In this document: piece after piece, positions 13,396 to 30,686 of the stretch
Position numbering within the stretch: position 1 is the stretch's first letter
Layout: each line of letters starts with the position of its first letter
Assembly: GCF_009914755.1 (NCBI RefSeq)
Contig: NC_060926.1
Length of the DNA: 64,000 nucleotides
Strand: one strand, 5' to 3'
Source: the human T2T-CHM13v2.0 reference genome, Homo sapiens
Program-made: the position numbers and the translations under genes
Notes under the pieces: generated by a model
Told to the model about the DNA's origin: nothing
Database searches by the model: none
The model's input: the letters and a program-made list of their open reading frames with translations, nothing else

Positions 13396-15121
13396 AAGTG
13401 AGGGAGGGTGACCCCCACACCAAGCACACAGGGCCATGGATTTTCACTGTCTTGGGTCCAGGCCTATTTCTAGCTAAGTGTTATCTGCAGGGTATAGCTT
13501 AGCATAATGAGAGGGCAAAAGCAAGATGACTAAGTGTTCGTTATGGAAAAGTGGGATGTCAGGGGAGCCTCAGCAGGGGCATCACCTGGATGTACCATTT
13601 TCCGCATGGAGCTGGTGCCGTGGGGGAAGAATAGGTCACAGCTTGTATGACCCGTGTGCTTCTCCAGTTTCCAATGATGACATTCCATCCACCCACCACC
13701 CACCCAGATGCGCTTCTCTAGTTTTATTGAGGTCAGTTTGGTTCCTGTCAGCCACAGTTTTAATACATGTTTATAGGGGGAAAAATCTTAATTAGAATAA
13801 TTAGAATAAAATTATTAAATGCAAATGTGTGATTGGTACTCACACTCTTTGGATCTCAGTTAAAGGTGCCAGCTTTTCTTTGACCTATTTTAGAACTTCA
13901 TAGAAACCTTTAACAAGAACCTGTTCCAAAGTGTAATGAATGCAAATCATAAGACACTAAATGAGCTATTAACAATATTCACTGTAAAACCACCGAAGTA
14001 CTCAAACATCACTTTTTTTTTTTTTAGAAGTAGAAACATTTTTGAACTTGCATGGATGTTTTTAAGCCAGAAAAAACTTTTTTTAAAAAACTTGGTAATT
14101 AGGAAACTATTAGTGCTCCTGCAGCAGCAAGAGGATTCATTTGATCTCATTGCGAAATCACACGTGCACCGTCCTTTACATTCAGTCAGATGCATGCACG
14201 GCCCCCGGTGTCTGTTAAAGCCGATGAGGAATGCTGCCCGCAGAGCAAAGGCGAGTGGTTGTGGACGTGCCTGTTGATAATCTGATCTTGACATGGCGCC
14301 GCCTGCGTTGAGACTGTTGCTCCATCACCCCGTAGGAGCTTAGCCATGAAATGTTCCCTCTGTGTAACGATGATCCCTGTGCGAGCAGAGGCCGGCACCA
14401 TTTGGTCCCTGAGACTCAAAACAAAGACTGATTTGCCTGGTTAAGACCCCCAGTCTCTAATGCAGTCAATAAATCTTTGTTGGTAAATAATTGCTATCGA
14501 GCAGAGTTTTAATATAAATTTATGAGTGGTGTTTTATCACAGCTTGGGGCTGCAGCAAACACTGAGTGATGGGTTTCAGATAGCACTTACATTCATGACA
14601 TTAACTTTGTAAGTTATTTAAAGCTTGTACACTTAACATTGCTTTTGGCTTTCAATGACCTCTTGGGACTAGACAAAGAATACACATGACGAATAAAGGG
14701 ATTGCAGCCAAAAGACAATTCTACTCTTTGCTCCACTGTAGAAAAGGTTCCTTGGGCTTAAAGCAAGATGTGCCTGCCTGGAATCCTGATATTTTGGTTG
14801 TAGGTCATTAAAATCAGTCTTTCTGATATGTCAGTAAATTAGGTGGTAGGAATTAGATCAACATTTGCCATTTCCAAGTAACATAAGAAGAATAATTTGA
14901 GGTGTCACAAAACATTTGAAATTTCTTGCTTTACAAACAAGTTAAAATTTGTCTGGTGGGTGAAATGGTTTGCAGGGAGGCAGCATAGCAGCGGGGTAAC
15001 AAGTATAAACCCTTGGTTTGTACCTCGAATCTTGCGCCTGTTTCTTCCCCTTACTGCCGTTTGGGTTATCTATTGCTGGGTAATGAGCCCAAATTATAGT
15101 GGCTTAAAACAGTACCATTTT

Positions 15122-15456
<335 letters not shown>

Positions 15457-16189
15457 TTATCATGATTCTGTGGGTCAGGAGTTTGGGCAGGGCATATTGG
15501 GGACAGTTTGTCCATGCTCCACAAGATACTTTCTTAGGGCTACAGCGTCCAAGATCATTTCTTTACTGATGTATCTGATGCCTCAGCAAAAGTGGCACAG
15601 CTGGCTGGAGGCTGACGTGAAAAGGTCACTGGCAGTCATCTATCTGAGACCTCAGTTCTTCCTCAAATAGTCTCAGGGTGTCTCCTCTTTACTTGGTCTC
15701 CCCAGTAGGATAGTCTGACCTCTTAACAAGGCTGCGCAGGCTTCCCAGGGGCGTAAAGCAGGAGTTTCCAGGCCTCCTTCAGGCTTTGGCCAGGAGTGGC
15801 ACAGCATAATTTCCACCACATTCTGTTGGTTCAATTGAGTCAGAGGACAGAGTGATCACACAGGATATGAGCACCACGGGGGATGAGGGGGCTGGTTTTT
15901 GTGTGCCATCTTCGGACACTAGCTACTTCACTCTACCCTCCTTCCTGCAAAGTACCCACAGCCTGTCCCCAGCTACCCAAAGTCTCAAGCCATTATGGCA
16001 TCCAGCCCAGGCTTGAAGTTCATGGCCTTGTCGTCTACACCAGGTACACGTGGATGAGGTTCCTTGCATGTGGTCCTCCCCATCGGAAGACCACGATACG
16101 CAGGGGACAAGTTATCTCACACACCATGCAGTGGTGACTCAGGAACAGGAGAACTGCAACAGATACCCTTATTCTAAAAAGGTGGAGAG

Positions 16190-16646
<457 letters not shown>

Positions 16647-17789
16647 CTACTATGCAGCTTTCTCAGCCTGCTTCCTGCTGTACTTAAAGTTGAGGGCCCA
16701 GAGACCACTTTTCTTTCTGAACTTTCTCTGTGCATTTTAATCCAAGATGGTATAATTCCTTTAAAAATCTTGTGGGTATCCTTTGTGTCAAATCATAATC
16801 TGTTCCATTAAACAAAAGCTAATGCACAGATTTCTCTCTCTAATCCATGGATCTCTAATCAGAAGGGTCTGTGAGGCATTGCCTTAAAATATTTGAGTTC
16901 TCAAGGAAAGGGTCTGACTGCCACACCATTGAAGGGGTCCTCATTCTGAGATCACAGCTACTGGCATCCCCAGGATTTGATCTTAGTTCTGATGCCAGTT
17001 CTTACTCAAGGGTTTTCTGCTGTCAGGAGAAGCTGGGAATGAGAAACTGTTTTGTGATCAGTCCAGCAAGGTTTACAGTTGAAATATTTTTTCTAATTGT
17101 GCTGGAAAATTCCCTGGACCTCCTCTCTCTCCTCCCGTATTTAACAGAGCCAGGAGCACTTCCAGCATCTGGCATGGCAATCTGGTAGCTAGGTGTGCAG
17201 GCTCACGAGGCACTCTTGCTATGCTACCCATCCCCCTGCGTGGGGTGGCCGGGAGGGGGCAGGTTGCTAATTGCCCTGCTGGTACCTGTTCTGCCGGCCC
17301 CATTTCCATCCTAAGGTAGCATTTTCCTCACTGTCCTCACAACTTCCACTCATGCTTCTTACATCTCTGCCAGCCTCAGCCAACTGCCTAGTTCCAAAGC
17401 CACTGCCATGTGTTTTTGATTTTTGTTACAGCAGTACAGGATGCTAATTCTGTTTTTCTTACCTGTTGCTGCATAAGGATCCACCCTGAAACTTCAGGGT
17501 TTAAGAAAATGATCATTTGACTGTTTCTTATAACACTGTGGCTGAGACCTGTGGACAGAGCCCAGCAGGGCTGACTTATCTGTCAGAGCTTCCCAAGGCA
17601 CCAGGTGCTGCTAGGCTTTCTCGAGAATTAAACCCAGTGGAGATAGTGTTATTCCCACTGATGCTGTTAGCTAAAGTGAGTCTCGGGCAGCCCAGGGTCA
17701 GTGTGGGAGGATTTATTTATACAGGGACACCAGTGCCACGAAGTGTGGTTCAATGGGAGCCGTCTTTGGAGAACAGATACCACGCTGGC

Positions 17790-18060
17790 TGTGCATGTTG
17801 GGCAAGTTACATAAGCAGTCTGTTTCAGTGTCCTTATCCATGAAATGAGAATCGTCGTGGATATCAGTTGTGATTGCAGTTGATGAAATATGCAGTTGTG
17901 AATACTGAGAGATTGGTATTCATACTCTTTGGAACCCAGTTAAAGGTGTCATATCAATTCCTGTCCATGAAATGAGGATAATCAATGACCATCTGGTTGT
18001 CATGCACTTTCAGTGGGTTAACAGTTGCAAGGCACTTAGAGCAGCAGCATCTGGTTCAGA
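17790..18060. mobile_element. MIR fragment, rearranged
   Basis: TTGGGCAAGTTAC..CAGTGTCCTTATCCATGAAATGAG core and GCAAGGCACTTAG 3' part. Confidence 0.6.
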
Positions 18061-19395
18061 GTGAGCCCAATATTGCATAGAAATAAAAAAAAAAAGTTCT
18101 AAATAAATGCCGAAGCCACATAGGAGTCAAAGAAAGCGTTAACTGTAATTGATGTCTTCACTGTGACAGCTGGACAGCAAGAAAGAATCTTAAGCAGAGA
18201 TGGTTTTCACATGTACAAAAGTGGCATCTGAAAGATGGACAAAGTATGCATGGTGACATGCCACCATGCCGCTGGCCCTGGGTTATGCAGAATCAAAAAG
18301 ACTTAGGATCACAGGGGCCATTGGCACTCACTGACAGGAACTCTCTTCCTGAGCATCTCAGGCAGAGCCTTCCGGCCTCTGTCATCTTCTGGCCAGTAGG
18401 ATCACGGCTTCATGTCCTCTAAAAGTTTCAAATGAACTATTTTTAGGGTTTTCCATTTTCTTGGTCCTTAGAGTAGGAAGTGTGAAAGTTCGGACTGATT
18501 GAACATAGAGGAGGCTGTCTGCGCGCTCAGCCCAGACCAGTGGGGGCCACCTTAGTACCACTTCCTCCCTAAGGAAAGCGACGGGCCCCCTGTCTTCCCC
18601 GATTGGTTTCCATTTAGCTGCTGCACATGGGGGATGCTGAGTGTGTTCAGAGGGGCGTCCCATGGTCGAACTGGAACTTGCTTTGGGAAGAGTGTGGACT
18701 AAGAAGGGGCTTGGCTTGTGTTGCCACATGTGAGAAGACCTCTCAATGGGGCTTTTGTGGTGGCTCCACGGTCCCTGAAAGTCCCCACTGGCTCAGTGCA
18801 GCTCTGGAATTAGGAACCAGCCGTGCCCCAGGAGGGCAGAGGACCCTGGCTCTTTCCAAGGGAGATCATCCAGGCAGCTCTCACTGCTGAGACCTATGGA
18901 CCCCTGTCCCCAGGGTGCTTATGCAGAGACTGCGGGACCCCAGGTGGGGATCATGCAAAACATTTTTGTAGCAGATTCAGGGCTGAATGGTTTAACTTCT
19001 GGGGTCGCTCTAGACTGAAATTCTCTGATTCCCACTTGGTACAAACACTCTTCAAAAATCAGTGTTCAGAATTAATTTAAGCCAAGAAAGAAAAAGCATG
19101 TTTTTAATCCACAAAAGCTATTTCCCGAGTCTGCTCATTTGTAGTCCAATTGAACCTCTGATTATGACTGCTCCTCTGGCCTCCTGCTTCTGAAGCCCCA
19201 GCCAACGTCTTCACTCATCAGAGAGCTTCTGTCTCATCGTACTTTTGAGGAACAGCCTTTTAAAATTATTTAAGGAGAGACAATAGAGAGTTTTGTAGTT
19301 TTTCCTATTGTTTTGGCAAACTTTTTTTTTTTTAAAGGTTTACATGTATAAATGCAGACATGGACTCTCTGACGTCAAAGATCTGTGGGCATTAA

Positions 19396-19852
<457 letters not shown>

Positions 19853-19866
19853 CAGAACCGCATTCT

Positions 19867-19901
<35 letters not shown>

Positions 19902-20172
19902 AGACAGGGTCTTGCTCTGTCGCCAGGCTGGAGTGCAGTGGCGTGATCTCAGCTCACTGCAACCTCTCCCTCCAACCAATTGCCCTACCTCAGCCTCCCA
20001 AGTAGCTAGGTCTACAGGCGCACACCACCATGCCCAGCTAATTTTTTGCATTTTACTAGAGACGGGGTTTCACCATGTTTACCGGGATGGTCTCGATCTC
20101 CTGACCTTGTGATCTGCCGGCCTCGGCCTCCCAAAGTGCTGGGGTTACAGATGTGAGCCACTGTGCCCGGCC
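19867..20172 (-). mobile_element. AluS (Sc-like)
   Basis: GGATGGTCTCGATCTCCTGACCTTGTG; (GTTTT)n tail. Confidence 0.9.
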
Positions 20173-22328
20173 CAGAACCACATTCTTGAGCTGAGCTCCC
20201 GAGGGTACCTGGTGATGTAGAAGGAAGTTGGCTTAACTGGGGGCGCTGCAGCAGCTTCTCAGACATGGCTGCCCTCATGCCTCCTTGGGGCCAGGGCTGT
20301 GGTTATAGTTGCTGTCCATCACTCTAGGTGCTTTCACCTAGGCAGAGCAACCGAAGTGCACTTTGCAGGGAGCTAAGAGGCTCGGCTGCTAACAGCAGAC
20401 GGGTTTGGGTGGGACTGGAGTGAGCTCAAGATTCTGTGCAGGCCTCACTTGGATCAGCTGCTCCTGTCCTTAGGGGTCAGGACAGGACTTCGTCATGTTT
20501 CTGGCTTTGCCTTCATCTATTCTGGAAATTTCAAGAGAACCTGGACATGTGAATGTGAAAGAGAAGGCACTCATGTATAGAACTCATTACAAAGATAGCA
20601 TTACTCCTAGAACCAAGATACCATGAGTGTGTGTGTGCATGTGTGTGTGCGTGTGCTCTTGCACACGCTCATGGATCAAGGCAGAGGATGAGTTTAAAAA
20701 CTGGTACTAAAATACCCTCTTATCAGAGAAATTGTCAATATCATGGCCCCACATTTCCATTAGATAGGCAGTAACCTCTTGTGAAGCGGAAGCAAACTAG
20801 AAACAGCTCTCCCAAACGTGGGCAAAAAAAGAAACTAGAACTGGTTGAAGACTGAGTTTTGGGAGAAGAACCCTGGAGGCCAAAGGCAGTATTCCTGGGG
20901 TCCTGGGATGGAGAGAGCCCTGTCACCCCCTCTCCCCCATCTGCCCTTGCTGCAAGGAGGAGGTCAGCCTTGTTTTATAAATGAGGTCACTTTTCAACCT
21001 TACTGGTCCATGGCCCTGTCCTGTTTCTGTATCTGCCAACCAGAGAGCAACTCCCGTTGTTTGTTTTCACCTTTTAGAATTCCTGGGACTAACAACAATT
21101 GTAATAAAATCGATGGTATTTTAAATTGTTGGGATGAACAAGCACTTTGGGTTCCTGAGATCTTAGGATAAAAGCCCACCGAGGTGCGAGTCTCACCATC
21201 GTGCTGTCTGCTGAGAGATCTGATTCCCAGCGGACCGGCCTTCCTCACTCGATGATTGTCAGGGCTGAGAACCCAGCACAGGTCTGTGATGCCCACGAGG
21301 CTGTGCGGCTCAGGGCCAGGTCGGTTTTGAGTCACGTGCTTACTGTGTGTCGGAACACTTGTGCTTTGAAGGCTGCGATTGGACACGTGATTCCCAGCAC
21401 GTTTCCTGAGGTTCCGCCTGCAGCCCGGGCCTGTGGTGGAGTAGAGCTTCTCTCCCCAGCTTTCCCGGGAGTGTGTGGTCTCCTGTTTCCCATCTGCATT
21501 TGCTTATGGGGCGCCATGACACCAACACATGGAGCCACTTGGAGACTTGTGTGTTAGTTGTGCACAGATACCTACACTTCCCACTGCCCGACAGTACGTG
21601 CAGTGATTTTGATGGCTGTTTATCCGGACTAATCAGACAAAAACATCTTCCAAAATACATTATAATTGCACTAGGGACTTCTAAATTTTTATTCAATGGG
21701 TAAATGTCTTTTTATTTCATTTTAAAAACTCAATGCATTGTTTGTTTATATTTAACATGGATTCATTTAATGAGAGTTAAGTTTGACCATATAATGGAAC
21801 AAATGTTAATTTCCTCAAAAAGTAGTTGTTCTATGTCAGACCCATGACCAAGATCTCCTTGCTATAATTAGATGACTTGTTTCCAGGGTAAGGGGCTCAC
21901 CTGCAGATAATTTTCTCATCTCCAATAGAGGTGTGCATTGCCTTCTGTATCTTTACTTCATTGTTCTCTAGCTTCCTCATTTGAAATTGCAAATACTTGT
22001 ATCTGTTGTTTTCCTAAGGTGAACATGATGCTTTTTACTATCAATTTATGTACTTTTAGAAATATTTAAAATAATTTATTTTTAAAGGAGAATGAACTAG
22101 TCAACCTATTAAATGATTACGTCATGATTTTAATGATTCTCAGGAAAAATTGTGCTGACCCTTAGATGATAATTCTTCAAAATGGGATTCTGATTCTGTG
22201 TTGGCCAAGCAGATTATAACCCGGCCCTTGCGTGCTAAACCTTAAGTGTCACCATATTCACCCCTAGGCTTCTTCCTCTCTCATGGCTCCTCCCCAGCCA
22301 CCCTCCGTCTCCCGGACTTCCTCCTTGA

Positions 22329-22967
<639 letters not shown>

Positions 22968-25415
22968 AGAGCCATTTAAAAGAACAAAAATCTCATGAAT
23001 CCTTCAACATTGATTTAACTGTTTTGATAATAATTATGCAGTTAGGTACAAGCAGAAAACTAAGATTCAGCTCCTTGTCTTTATAGCTTTTAAATAGATA
23101 TAAAAGTTATATTTATTAAACATTTAAATTAATACCATTAATTTACTGTGCATTTAATGTTAAGGATGATGATGTTTTGCTGAAACAAAATGATGGCCAT
23201 CCGTGCCAGGGGTTAGGGATGACGGTTGCAGGGCAGGCTCCTTTGGTGTCAGCTGCCTCGTGACTGTATCACGTGGTGACCCCAGTCTCTTCCTTTCCTG
23301 CTTTCATACTGAGAAATCGTTTCGTGTACAGCATGCGGTGCCTTCCCCGGGGGTTAACTTGTTCTCAGAGTGAGTGATTTACATGTTGCGTCTCCCTCAG
23401 CGCTGTCCCCCTTAGCACCACTCATGACCTAGGAAGTCGGAGATGCCAACTCGGGCAGTGGAATCCAGTGGTGGTTTTGGATCACTTTTTAGATAGTGAT
23501 TAAAATACACTCAAAAATTTAAAAATTCTCTTGGAGAAATTATGGTTCCAGAGAAAATGACAGGTTTCCCTTGCATCTCAAATTTGCTCAGACCGTCTGG
23601 GGATCTTGTTACATTTGGATTGATCCCTCCCCCTCTTGGGTACACCCAACCACTGGTCTAAAGTGGGCCACACTTTGAGCTGGAAAGTGCTTCCGTCTTT
23701 TGCCAACTTAAAATTTGTCCTCGCCAGGGGAATCTTTCCTAATGCAAATCAGATAACCCCTTCCTCCCTCCACCCTGCACACCTATGGCAGGGCCCAGAC
23801 ATTCAGGCACCTCCAGGGCCAGGCAGGAAGTGGGGCTGAGGGCAGCCCGCTGATTTGAGAGAAGGGCCCACGGTGCCCGTGGAAACCCGAGAGTGTGGCC
23901 TCTGCACACTGCTGCCCCTCAGGGCCATATTCCCATGTCAGATGGAGAGTATGGGTGCTGCGGCTGCTGGATCCTAAGATCCATAGGAGGGCAGGGGGAC
24001 TCCATCCAACCCCAGTGACTCTTGGCCAGAAGTCACAAACACCGCGTGCACGTGCAGCTGGCCTGCAGCAGGTTCAGTGTAACCAGCGTTCAATGCAAAA
24101 ATGTATACCTGTGGCCAGTATTTTAACATAAGAAGCCATCACACACAAGTCCAGTGTTTCTCCTTCTCTTTGATAATCAGGAAATCTGGCCACGTGGGAC
24201 CCTCCAGCCCTGCAGGGTCGCTGTGTTGCACAACCCCAGGGGCTTGTTGGTGGCAGCATGTTGGCCCAGTCACGTTCTGGGCTAAAGTACTCCTCCCTGC
24301 CAAGCAGGTCTGATCTCTAGTTTCCAGCAGCCCTGGGCACCCCGTTCCTGGAATTTGCTAGTCGGGTTGAGATTTCTTGTCCTGTTCTCCTTTCCTTGAA
24401 GACACTCAGGGTTGAGGCCTTCTCAGGCTGCTCCTGGATTTAGCAAACAGAAACCGCTTCCTCTGGAGCCATGTGCACTCTCAGTTAAGGGAAATATTTG
24501 CTCATCTGCTCTCACTCCAAGCTCACATTATATTTCAGTGGGAATTTGGGAGTGAAGCGGAGCCCCTGTCCGCTCATGTTCCTTGACTGAATCAGAATGT
24601 CTTGGGAATTGGGGATACCCTCTGTAAACTGTGGGGTGCAGCGGGAAGATAAAATGCGAGTTGTCATGAAGTCTCACTTCTCTCCCTGCAAGGGACTCAG
24701 GTGACAGAGGTGCCTGCCAGAGGGATCCTGAGCAGCCGCCCCTTGGTGGTTGTGCTTTGGAAGGGGGAGCTGAAGTTCAAGACCAAAAGTGTTGGGCTGG
24801 GCAGTGGCTGGGACACCCAGAGGTTCTGCGTGGGGAGCAGGTCACCGCCCATCAGTAGGAACAGGAGACTTTGGCAGCCCAGCAGCCCAGTGTCCTGGCA
24901 GGAGTGAAGACGGCAGGAGAGCTGGCCCTGCCACATTCCGTTAGCTAACAAGACACTTCCCCTGTGTAACTCAGTCCTGGCTTTCAGGGAGCCATGGCTT
25001 CCATAACTTCGCTGCCCCTGACTTGTTCCTTTGGGGAGCAGGGGACATGACTGCACAGCCGGGCTGAGCATGGGGTAGTGCTCCAGCCACTGAAAGAAAA
25101 GTGCACCTGCCCCAGCCCAGCTAGACCACAGCCATGACATGGCAAGCGGGGCAGCCAAGTGGCTCTTGGTCGCCACAGCAATTCTTGGGGGGGTCAGATA
25201 ATAAACCCAACTGGGGCCAAGGCTGGAAGGCAGAAATATGACTCCTAAGAGGCCAGGGTATTCTGTAGTCCTGCCACTTACGCAGCATTTGAATAGTGCC
25301 TATAATCCAAGATTATCCCCCCTGGCAAGACGTAGAGTTTAAGTTAAGTTTACTTATTTAATAAGATCTTAAGTTTATTGAGAGTTTTCCTAGGATCAAA
25401 AGAAAATCAGCGTAG

Positions 25416-25907
25416 GCCTGGCACAGTGGCTCACTCCCTGTCATCCAGCACTTTCTAAAGACCTAAGCGAGGCATGGTGGCTCACTCCCCTGTTACCCCA
25501 GCACTTCTGGGAAGCCATGGTGGGAGGATTGCTTGAGCCCAGGAGTTCGAGACCAGCCTGGGCAAGATGATGAGACCCTGTCTCTACAAAAAATAAAATA
25601 AAAAATTAGACAGACATGGTGGCATGTGTGTGTAGTCCTAGCTACTCGGAGGAGGCTGGCGCAGGAGAACTGCTTGAGCTGGAAAGTTCAAGGTTGCAGT
25701 GAGCTGTAATTGCATCAGTACACTGCACTCCAACCTGGGCAACAGAGCGAGACCTTATCTCTACAAAAAACAGAAATAAAAAAATTAGCCGAACAGGATG
25801 GCACACGCCTGTAGTCCCAAGCTACTCAGGAGGAAGGAGGGAGGATCACTTGAGCCCAAGAGTTCAAGGCCACAAGGAGCTATGATAGCATCACTGCACT
25901 CCGGCCT
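25416..25907 (+). mobile_element. Compound AluJ: duplicated 5' start, full dimer, extra right arm
   Basis: Two GTGGCTCACTCCC starts, two CTCTACAAAAAA linkers, two right arms. Confidence 0.82.
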
Positions 25908-26317
25908 TTTTTTTTTTTTTTTTTTAAAGTTTTAATTCAGCCTAATTTAGTTCCTCAGAAAGCTATAAAATGATGTCTTCACATGCCTCCCGATTAGACT
26001 GTTTCCCCCTTTTTCCTTAACAAATAAGTCCTCTTAGCCTTCACTGGGGGCAGGACAATTTTGAGGATGTGATTTCCTCACGAAAGTACCTCCCACACGC
26101 CAGCCAGAAGAGTGGTGCAAATCCATCCGCATGGAGCCCCGAGGGTGTGCGCCGTGGCCAGCATTTGTCTGAGTGGGAAGGGATGAAGCTTTCTGAATGA
26201 AGCCTGGAGCATCTGTAATCTCCTGGTGACACCAGAGACCGTGGCCCTGGCATTGTTGAAATTCCATCTGAAATGAATGACGGAAAAATGGGAGCCCACT
26301 GGAGAACTTGAGTGAGG

Positions 26318-26604
<287 letters not shown>

Positions 26605-27850
26605 TTATGCTAAGTTTTAAAATCCACGGGAATCCCACTGAAGAGGGGTCTCTCATGAGTTGAAGCAATTGCTTGTTTATTACCGCATCGCTGATGGTGA
26701 CTGCCCTTCTCTAATTCCTGCCATGCAAGGAAGCCCTTATTGTCTTGGTTTGCAACTTAGTAGCATTTTCCTGTGGGCTTCATTGGGTTGATTGGTCTCA
26801 GTTCCATATTTGGTGTATAGCGATTTAGATTCCAAGAAATCAAGGTATGCCACATTTTGCCACGTTTCCGTTAATAAGAACTTGCAAAGAAATCGTCTTC
26901 TAAAGTCGTTTCAAACTCAAATATTTTCCCTTAAGCAACAATGTCTAATGGTGATTGCAGCCCCAAGCTGGCTCATACTTTATTAAGTTTGTGAAACTTG
27001 GTTACGATCTAGTAAATAAAAAACAGTATTGTCACAGTATTGGTAATTAATTGGACTTGAACTCAATTATATCCCATAATAATTATTCATTCTTATGTTG
27101 TAATTCTTGAAAGATAGCAGAATTTAGGAGGTCGATGGAGGCTGGGAAAAGTTCTGAAGGTGACTCGTGGGGCATCTCGGCTTTCTCAAAGCGTCTTCTT
27201 GTATTTCAAAACTCATAACTTTCCTTCTGCCTCAGTCCAGGTGAATTAACTAGCCTGAGTCTTACGCTCTCTCAGTCATATTAAGGTTACATAAGTTTAT
27301 AAAAGGGTAGGAGAAGAGGAAGTAAAGAGATTGTTCCATTTTTCTTGGTTAACATGGGCCAGAGTTAGATGAGAAGGGAGGAAGACAGAGACAGAGACTC
27401 CCGATGTGAACGCTGCCATTGAAAGGGACTGAGCTGGACAGGCATGGAGCCCAGGCTGAGCAGGAGAGAATCCCAGCTCAAGGTGTGGGGCCTGCCCAAG
27501 CTCAGTGTTGGCCGTCAGCTTCCTTAACAAAGGGAAACCTGTCAAGGTAGAGCAAGGTTTGCTGGGAATTGGTGTTAAAACAAGAAGAAATTCTCAACCA
27601 CCATTTAAGAAGACTGGATTAAACATGACTTCAAAAATGTGTTGGTTTCAAATTCTGAGTGGTTTTCAAGGAGGCTTAATATGATTTCATTAAAAATGAA
27701 TTAGAGTAAATTACATGGGATTCATCTATTAAATACTGTTACTGAAATTTGCCAGTGGAATTTTGGTTTTAATAAAAAATCTGAAATGAAGGAAACTGTA
27801 AAAAAATTCTTCTTTACAAATATAAGGTGAGAATACAGTTAATGCAGTTT

Positions 27851-28334
27851 GGGTTTTTCTGGGGTTTTTTTGTGGTTTTTGTTTTGTTTTGTTTTGGTGG
27901 GTTTTTTTGTGTTTGGTTGTTTTTGTTTTTGTTCTTTTTGGCTACAAGGTGTGTTTTATTTTCATTATTCATAGAAATAATTTTCTATAATGTCCTGGGG
28001 CAAACCAGAGAATTTGGCAATCTGATTGGGGGTGGTCCTTCAGAGACCCACAGGCCAGTGGCATCGGTGCAGAGTGCCCAGGTTCACAATGCAGCTTGTG
28101 GCTTGTGTCCATCTTGCAGGTCGCTCTTCCTCCACATCACAACTGGGGTCTTAAGGATGACGAGGGCAGGAAATCCTCCGGGCTCTTAGGAAATTTCACT
28201 CCGCTTCTGCCCAGTGGTCTCTTTGGTCGGCAGGGTGTTCTTCTCCTGCGTCTCCGTTTTCTTCAGCTTGGCCCTATTGAAGCTGGCGATTCCCCCCACG
28301 TCTGGTTTGTCTGCCATTTTCTTAAAACAATCGG
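27851..28334 (-). pseudogene. TMSB10P1: Thymosin beta-10 processed retrocopy (probably TMSB10P1): degenerate poly(A), 3'UTR, CDS 28317-28186, short 5'UTR
   Basis: Minus-strand [46 protein letters not shown], intronless. AATAAA (tttatt near 27955) precedes a decayed poly(A) tail (T/G-rich on + at 27851-27940). Confidence 0.93.
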
Positions 28335-28342
28335 TACCATCC

Positions 28343-28936
<594 letters not shown>

Positions 28937-29168
28937 TAGGTGTTTCCTGTGTGTTTAGCAGTTAATTATCCAAAAGATCTAGTGTAGCACGTCTCAATGT
29001 GTTTGTGTCGTATTTGTTGAACTAATGGCATATCTTTTAGCATTCGCCAGTATCACAGAGTGAAGTTCTGCACACACACAGAACTTGAATGTATATGTTG
29101 CCTGTGTACCTGCCTTTTCTTTTTTTTATTTACATTAGAATTTCTATTTGGCTCTTTTTCCCTTGTAG

Positions 29169-29318
<150 letters not shown>

Positions 29319-30024
29319 TAAACACTGTGGGGAAGGGGAACCTACCAGCAGCCCAGCCTCTTGTCTCTGTTTGAAGTGAAAGTCGTATTTGGTCTCCTGC
29401 TCAACTGTGAGATAAATAACCCTGTTCCTCACACTCCACTAGACCATATGTCTTTCTCTCTCTTCCCCTCCCTACCAGTCAATCTGTGGCTTTCCAATTC
29501 TACAAAGAATTACAATAAAAGGCACAGATGAAGTAAAATTTTAGATGAGAGTAAAAAGACAGGGGCAAGGAGAAAAGAGAAAGGAGAGAAGAGTGGTCTA
29601 TCTGAAAATCGAGAATGAAGGAAACAATTACATTTGAACCCAGGATTTAGCTTTGAAAAGCTGTGAACAATAATCAGAAGTCAAATGCAATTCATGACTC
29701 AGCTTTTATTGTCAGATAACACATTCCAGTGCATTAGGCAAAAGAAACTCTCCTCTTTGTGTTATATGTAAGTTTATGTTACATATAAGTTTGTTATATC
29801 CGTGGTGTATAAGATAGATGTATAAACAAAATTAACTTTATTCTTGGGGAAGAAATGCAGACGTTCTACCCATTGATAAAATATAAAAAAATGCAGACAT
29901 TCTACCCTTGATAAAATTTAAAGTTGGGGTGTTCTAGTTTCATAGCAACACATTCCATAACTCTTACTTGATGCAGAGAAGTGTGTAGATTAGAATATAT
30001 GGTGGAAGTCAGTCATTCGATTCC

Positions 30025-30652
<628 letters not shown>

Positions 30653-30685
30653 TTATATCACTGTGTCAGGCTAGTAGTAATAGTC

Positions 30686-30686
<1 letters not shown>

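Noticed and set aside
29853-29922. ~36-bp imperfect tandem duplication (also a 16-bp one near 7950-7981)
   Set aside because: Ordinary short slippage duplications with no sign of function.
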